From: the human T2T-CHM13v2.0 reference genome, Homo sapiens
Assembly: GCF_009914755.1 (NCBI RefSeq)
Contig: NC_060925.1
DNA: 64,000 nt
Reading direction: 5' to 3' (one strand)
Shown here: one piece after another, positions 52,436-64,000 of the stretch
Layout of the letters: the number at the start of each line of letters is the position of its first letter
How positions within the stretch are numbered: the stretch's first letter is position 1
Program-made: the position numbers and the translations under genes
The notes under the pieces: model-generated
Databases searched by the model: none
What the model was told of the DNA's origin: nothing
What the model saw: only the letters and a program-made list of their open reading frames with translations

Positions 52436-54471
52436 TAAAGAGAGAGGACGCACAGGAAACACATAACTCAGTCATATGTTTCACACACTGGGAGCTTTTC
52501 CTGTTCTGGCCTCAGGTGCAGGAATTCTGAAATCCCTTTCTCAGAAGCTATGACCACAGCTCACTGTAGTTTGTGGAAAGCTCACAGGGTCTGCTTTCAA
52601 GTAGTTAGAGCCTGGTTCCAATTCCAGTCCAGCCTCTTACTACCTATGTAACCGTGGGCATATCACTTACCAATTCATCATATGCTGCTTGTTTTACCCT
52701 TGAAATGTCTCTAGAATTTACCTGCTTCCCCACATCTTTGCCATTCCTACCTACTGCAAAACATCATCTCCCACCTGGACTATTAAAATACCTACACAAC
52801 TTGTTCCGGGCTTCCACCCCTTTCCCCCTAAAATATGTTCAAAAAGATGTGTTTAAAACCTAAATTAGAACTTTTCTGTTGAAACCCCCCCTGTGGCTTT
52901 CCTTCATATTAAGAAGAAAATGTAACATCCTTTGTGGCCTTGAAGGGCACTTTTCATGGGGTGGCCACTTCACACCCATGCACCCCATTACTTTCTGCCT
53001 TCATCTCCTACCCTCTCCCCTACTCCCCTACTCATTCACTTGCTCTCTTGCTTCCAGTCACACTGGCCTCCCAAGCTATACGCAAGTGGGCAGGATAAAG
53101 TAGTGTTTATGAGATTTGGAATGAGACAGCTTGACTCTGCCATTTTTCTGGCTGCATGGCCTTGTTGCTTAATCTCACGGAGCCTGTTTCTCTTCTGTAA
53201 ATGAGCACACCACTACCCACTTTGCAGGGTTACCCTGAGGATTAAATGAGATATTAAATATAATGCAGTTGAGCACAGTATTTGGCATATTGTCAACCCT
53301 ACGTCAAGAAGTGGTGGCTACTGAAGTGAGGTGTGAATGAGGAGAGTGGGCGGTGGAGGTGGGTGGGTGCTCTGAAGTGGAAAAGGGGCTCTAGAGCTTT
53401 CCCTAGAACAGGATAACCCTTTCCCTCACAAACCGTACTCCAATTTCAAGCCCAATTTCTGCTGAAGTTCAGCTCAAGCCCTTTCTTTTGATGTTCTTAG
53501 TAGAAATATTTAAACTATCACTGAGCCATCCCAATGAACTGTTGATTTCCCCTGCATACTCACTCTGCCAGCCCACAGCTCCATTGCTCTGGTCTGGAGA
53601 AGGCCAAGCCCTTGAAAAATTTATTCCCCAGAAGCCTGATTGATCTTGATTGCCTTTCGTGGCCCTACTCCAAGTTCTCCATATCACTACTCAGCTGTGG
53701 GTCCCATTTAATAAAGGCACCACAAATGTGGAGGGGGAACTCCTGGTCTTTGCCAGTGAAACTGGCTCACTTTTCAGGCTTCATGGTGCTACCCTGGTTC
53801 CACTGTTGGATGAACACTCTAGGAGCCTGCCAGCTATGCCAGCTCTGCCAGCTCCATTTTTTCCTTTTCAGCAGATACCCCAGGTCTATGTTGCCAGAGA
53901 AATGGCCACTATGTGCTGTTTGGATTCTTACCTCTATGCTAACATGAATCCACACTGTCATGCCTGCTGAATCATTTTTCTCTGCTCAGCTGAAAACTCA
54001 AGACTTCAGTGCTTCTGGGCTACGATTTCTTTTGGACTATCGAGTACAAGAACCTGTGGATTTTAGACCAGTCACCTTGTATGGTAATTGAAATTTTAAC
54101 AAGCTAAATGAGTAAGTGATATAAAATTCTGTTTAATATTAACTCTTTAACCCAGGGAGTTAGGTAAGTGCCACCCACTGGGCCTAAATCATAGCACAAA
54201 ATCACTCAGTTGCTCAGTTGGCCAGCAAGTCAAGCAAAAAAGACAAAAACAAAAGCAAAAACAAACACAAAGCCAGCTTCCCTATAAACTACTTTGATCA
54301 GCTTTTTAAGCTTTCCCAAACTGACCATATTATTTAATTGTTAAGAGAACCTGTGGACCTTGGGACACAGGAACTGCAGAGTGCTTAAAAATCACTGAAA
54401 CACATGAGCTATCTATTTCTTTACAAACCAATGACTAAAAAGGATAATAAGTTTTAAATCAGGCTGTAATT

Positions 54472-54654
54472 CAGTGGCTCTCAAATTTTAAGATACTCAA
54501 GAGTCAACTGGAGACTGGGGAGGTATTAGAAATGGTCAGTCTCAGAGATTCTGATTTGTCACATCTGGGGTAAGGATCAGAAGTCTCTGTCTCTCCTAAG
54601 CTTCCTGGAAGAATTTTGCAGCAGATGGTCAGAGATCACACTTTGAGAAACCCT
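54472..54654. mobile_element. MER5A-like hAT-Charlie DNA transposon
   Basis: Terminal inverted repeats cagtggctctcaaa ... tttgagaaaccctg; internal cagagattctgattt. Confidence 0.75.
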
Positions 54655-57221
54655 GAGACTGTAGGAGGGAGTTGCTAATTCACACCATATTTGCTCTCAT
54701 TAATCTACTGTTTATTTTTCTAGTGTCTGCTGTGAGCTGGGGGCTTAAAGTACACTATATTTACTCTTTACAACATTGCCGCATGGTATATTATTATCAT
54801 TCCCACTTTACAGATGATACAATTGAGGCTCAGCACGGCCAAATAACTCACCTGGTGGGCTGGGATTTGAACTCAGGTCTTTAATTTCTTTTTTCACCAC
54901 ATATGATACAGTGAAAGTTGAGAATGAGGGAGGCAGGTGGCCTGGGAACAAGCCAACTTAAGGCACGCTCAGAGCTTAACCAGCCCTGGCAGGTCAAAAA
55001 GTTAGAATAATTAGATCTATTTTGTTTACACCAAAATTCCTTTTGTTGATTTTTTTTTAATTCCATGAAATCTTTTACCAAAATGTTATTTGGCATTATG
55101 CAGTTGCCAAAATGTGAGTTAATCATTTGAGTGAGTACACTTGGTAGCCAACATCTACATATTTTTCAAATATGCAGACATTTTGGCTAGTTACAGACAT
55201 ACTGACTTAAGCCTAGTTTTAAGGTAGGAAATCTGAGTCACTGAGTGACCAAGAGATGGGGCCAAATTTTTATTATTATTATTATTATTTAGTATATTTT
55301 CTCTACCTGGTGTGCTAACCTGCATGGATGCAAATGCTTCTTCCAAAATGGGAAGGGCCCAATATACTCGGTGTTGCAGGAGGTTGTTCTCACATGAGAA
55401 TCACTTATCCAAAGAAGCTGACAACTGAGGATAAAGTGAATCAGTGCTAATAGGCATGTTCTCTGTGCCTCGAGAGAAGATTGACCAAGCTGCAACCATA
55501 ACAAAAATGCTACTGAACTGTTCCATGCTGTTAAGATGGTGAAGGCTGGGGTGAGCAGGAAGGTAACACCAGAGGAGGGCTGCTGTTCCAGGTTTCAGAC
55601 GATGACTTATAAAGTTTCTCTTGCCTTCCCTTCTTTCCACCAAAGAAGGAATGATAAACAGGGTAACAATGGCCATCTTAAAGACTGAATGGCAGAGGGA
55701 GAAGGAGCATGGTAAGTCTGTGGCTTTGCTAATGGACAGAATAGAGTGGCACAGCTCCTATACTGAATGCTTAGCCAACATCTTGGCAGAATGATTGGTG
55801 TTTGTGTAGGGCGAGAAATACTGGCCTGGAAACTTCAGGGATGTGCTGGTAGAATAATAGCAAAGAGATTTGCACAGCAGCTGCTTGTCTCATCCCTGGT
55901 TCTTGCCAAAGCTTCCCCCATCTTTCATCTCTTGAAGCACAAAAATTCCTCTCTTGCAACAATACTTCAATTCCATTTTAATATTCTTATTCATCAAATG
56001 GCATTTTACAGCCTAATTTAATGACCTTATAACACACACACTCTACTCATATCACAACTATTTGGACTGCTTCTTACAGATGTATGAGACCACTATACCA
56101 GTCCTGAGATCTTTAAACAGTCACATTTAAATACAATTTAGGAATTATTTTGCCCTCGTAAGTCTAGGCCTAATAACTATTGCCCAAATAGGAGATTTCA
56201 AAAGAGAATAGGGAAGATTTGATTGTAGCCACTGTTGAATTTGTCCATCAAAAGTCTTTTGAAGCTTCCTTTGACACAACATAACTTCTAACCATGGTGA
56301 AATGAGGAAAGACTGACTGAATAAGAAGCTTATATCTCTGCCAGTGTAAGATTTTTCCCAAACCTTATGTGTTTCATTTTATTTTCCATAATTCTGGGTA
56401 TGAAATTCACATCATTTCCCTTACCAGGATATTCTGAGGTTCAGCAGGAATTTGGTTGGGACATATTTTCCTGAGCATCTGCCTGAATTCTCCTGCCTTG
56501 AATATTTTTAAATCTTCATTCTTTTAGTCATGCTCACAGACTCAGTGCCTTGCAGAATGCTGGAACAGTCTTTGGAGATCATCTTATCCAATCCCCTTAT
56601 ATTACTTTCTCAATCCAAATTCCTCTCCCTTCCAGCTTTTCCTTAGAAATGGAAACAAAAATAATCGTGTTTGGGCCCCCTGCCTGAATCTCCTAGGAAC
56701 ACCCTGGGCTCTGCTAAATGATTTGCTTGCCAGTGGAGTCTCTCTGTGAGAATACTGAACTGCTCCCAAGTCTTCATGACACTACCTGCTTGTACCTTAA
56801 AATAACTCTCAGCTGGAAACCCTAATGTCAAACTCTGAATTCTGGTATTCTGTTTCTTTTCAGCTCAGTCTCTTTCTTTTGAAGAAAGGGCTCTGTCATT
56901 AAGTGCTGATTGTGAGTATGCTCAACCTGTTCTGGGAGTCTTTTGGGAGATTCCATTTCCACTGGAGTAGGCAAGATATCTAGGAAAAAGAAACAAGAGA
57001 ATATTAATATGAATACCTGACATTTAGTGAACACTTGGTATGTGTCAGGCACTGTGCTAAGAGCTTACACATGTTAACTTTCTTTAATCCTCCCTATATC
57101 CCACAAGTTAGTTATTACCATCCCTATTTCATGTTTGAGGAGACTTGAGCACAGGTCACAAAGCTTGTAAATGGCAGAGCCAGGATTTAAATCCAGGTGG
57201 TTTAGCTTCAGGATATATACT

Positions 57222-57528
57222 CTTTTTTTTTTTTTTTTTTTTTTTTTTGAGACGGAATCTCGTTCTGTCGCCCAGGCTGGAGTGCAGTGGCACGATCTCG
57301 ACTCACTGTAAGCTCCACCTCCGGGTTCACGCCATTCTCCTGCCTCAGCCTCCCGAGTAGCTGGGACTTCAGGCGCCCACCACCACGCCCAGCTAATTTT
57401 TTGTATTTTTAGTAGAGACGGGATTTCACCGTGTTAGCCAAGATGGTCTCGATCTCGTGACCTCGTGATCTGCCCGCCTCGGCCTCCCAAAATGCTGGGA
57501 TTACAGGCGTGAGCCACCGTGCCCAGCC
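57222..57528 (-). mobile_element. AluY, antisense, inserted into a MIR; TSD CAGGATATATACT
   Basis: CpG-rich young Alu (ccgggttcacgccattctcc, accgtgttagcca) with a long poly-T; TSD at 57209-57221 and 57529-57541. Confidence 0.95.
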
Positions 57529-57735
57529 CAGGATATATACTGTTAATCATTATGCTATCCTATCTCCAAAAATCTAAGGTGTAAGCAAGAAACCATCTTA
57601 ATTTACATGAGTTAGGGAATTAAAAAAGAAACTGATCTTTTTGATTGTCTGATGAAATAACTCGGAGACCTCATCCTAACTGCAAGTGTGTACTTCTTCT
57701 TTCCAACCATGGTAGCTTCTGGGATCCTAGCTATA

Positions 57736-57941
57736 CAGTTTGAGCATCTCAAATCTGAAAATTCAAAATCCAAAATGCTCCAAAATCCGAAACATTTTTG
57801 CACCAAAGGAAATGCTCTTTGGAGCATTTTGGATTTTGGATTTGGCAATGCAAATATTCCAAAATCTAAAAGAAAAAAAAAAAGTCAGAAATCTGAAACG
57901 CTGCTTGTCCCAAGCATTTTGGATAAGGGATGTTCAACCTG
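57736..57941. mobile_element. Tigger4/Zombi (MER46-like) non-autonomous DNA transposon
   Basis: TA|cagtttgagcatctc ... gggatgttcaacctg|TA inverted termini with TA duplication; internal inverted repeat aaaatccaaaatgctccaaa / tttggagcattttggatttt. Confidence 0.85.
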
Positions 57942-58634
57942 TACTTCCTTAGTCCAAGGAGTTGGTCTTTATTACTCTGGTGCTAAAGAGAAATTACTTT
58001 CAGTTCTGTTGGAGACACTCATGATTCATTTGGCTCTTGTGCCAAAAGAATGGTGTTACTGAAACATTGGCAGCCTAGCAATTTGGTCATCTACCCTGCC
58101 CCCTATCCTGGCCATCCTGGAGTCTGGTACAACCCCTGTCTGCTGAAGAAGGGCTTTGGTGATATTAGGCCCCTGTTCCTGCCAGCTGGAAGCTCTCCAG
58201 ATACAGAGAAGAGGATGCCTCTCTTCTGATATCCTCACCCTGGATATACTCAGCTATAGTCCCTCCCTACACCTGTAATTCCAGCTCTCAATAATTTTTT
58301 TATGCTGGGGTCCATAGCTTCTCTATTTTACTCATGACTACATGTGAGTGTGTGTGGACACACATGCATACACACACACACACACGCCACAGCCATTGCC
58401 CCAAGACAGGTCTGCAAGTTCTGGAGGCTAGAACCAATTCCTTCCCCTAATTCTGCCCTTTAGCCCTGAAATTTCAGCCTCAAAAGCCATCCTATTTCCT
58501 GTTTCAGAATAAATGACATTTCCTCTAGAGAAACACTCCCCCAGCCACCCCAGCAACATATTATACAAGGTAGAACATGATAAAGTGCTACAGTGCATGG
58601 TAGCAGATAGAATATATCTTCACAATTCCTGGTT

Positions 58635-59499
58635 TTCTTTTTTTTTCATTTTATTTTTATTTTTTATTTCTTAAATTTTTATTTTGATAATTTTGGGGAA
58701 ACAGGTGATGTTTGGTTGTATGAAAAAGTGGTGATTTCGGAGATTTTGGTGCATCCATCACTCGAGCAGTGTACACTGTACCCAATGTGTGGTTTTTATC
58801 CCTCACCCCCTCCTACCCTTCCCTGGAGTCCCCAAATTCTATTATATCATTCTTACGCTTTTGCGTCCTCATAGCTTAGCTCCTGCTTATGAGTGAGAAC
58901 ATAAGATGTTTGGTTTTGCATTCCTGAGTTACTGCACTTAGAATAATGGTCTCCAAGTCCATCCAGGTTGCAGCAAATGTCATTATTTTATTCCTTTTTA
59001 GGGCTGAGTAGTATTCCATGGTATAGATCACATTTTCTTTATCCACTCATTGTTTGATGGGCATTAAGGCCGGTTCCATATTTTTGCAATTCAAAATTGT
59101 GCTGCTATAAACATGTGTGTGCAAATGTCTTTTTCATGTAATGAATTCTTTTTCACTGGGAAGATGCCCAGTAACGGAATTGCTGGATCAAATGGTAGAT
59201 GTACTCTTAGTTCTTAAAGGAGTCTCCATACTGTTTTCCATAGTGGTTATACTAGTTCATATTCCCACCATCCAGGTGAAAGTGTTCCCTTTTCACCATA
59301 TCCATGACAATATGTGTTTATTTTTGATTTTTTAATTATGACCATTTTTGCAGGAGTAAGAGGTTATTGCATTGTGGAATTTGATTTGCATTTCCCTGAT
59401 AATTAGTGATATTGAATATTTTTTCCTAAGTTTGGCCATTTGTATTTCTGCTTTTGAGAATTGTATATTCATGTCCTTAGCCCACTTTTTGATGGGATT
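58635..59499 (-). mobile_element. L1PB-like 3' end, antisense, interrupted by a younger L1PA
   Basis: T-rich tail, then tttggggaaacaggtgatgtttggttg...gattttggtgcatccatcactcgagcagtgtacactgtacccaat (L1PB-type 3'UTR) and ORF2 C-terminal sequence. Confidence 0.8.

Positions 59500-64000
<4,501 letters not shown>

Noticed and set aside
53612-53970. Two overlapping ~110-aa ORFs; QLWVPFNK faintly resembles a CR1/L3 RT C-terminal motif
   Set aside because: Non-ATG starts and similarity too weak to call by eye. A Dfam/nhmmer search would decide.

Overview
This is primate (almost certainly human) genomic DNA containing the complete LIM-homeobox gene LHX8 on the + strand. There are no prokaryotic features, RNA genes or CRISPR arrays. 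I reconstructed the CDS by hand from GT-AG-bounded exons: 14561-14578 + 20453-20539 + 20950-21111 + 24835-24956 + 26968-27188 + 27695-27798 + 32437-32532 + 40744-40927 + 44670-44746 = 1071 nt = 356 aa + stop (two LIM domains, one homeodomain). A 346-aa form starts at ATG 20465. The 5' region (about 8-21 kb) is a cluster of CpG islands with several alternative first exons. The rest is AT-rich sequence with Alus, MIR/L2/L3 remnants, old L1M pieces, a MaLR LTR, DNA transposons, and a nested L1PB/L1PA block at the right end. The most interesting observations concern isoform control. (1) An intact 27-codon in-frame first exon (MYWKNDQMFVCKL...PPEK, 18470-18550) would give a 377-aa protein, or act as a uORF if a downstream donor is used. 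(2) An Alu-monomer insertion whose target-site duplication copied the exon-7 splice donor inside the homeobox. (3) Several exons begin with GT and rebuild 5' splice sites after ligation (recursive-splice-type). (4) A NAGNAG acceptor sits in the LIM1-LIM2 linker. (5) The last exon has a second open frame. (6) A ~155-bp local duplication carries a duplicated donor near the distal promoter. (7) A chain of minus-strand splice sites suggests an antisense lncRNA. I see no evidence for a wholly new biological system. Statements about orthologues and repeat subfamilies are from memory and need database confirmation. Exon numbering here treats 20453-20539 as exon 2.
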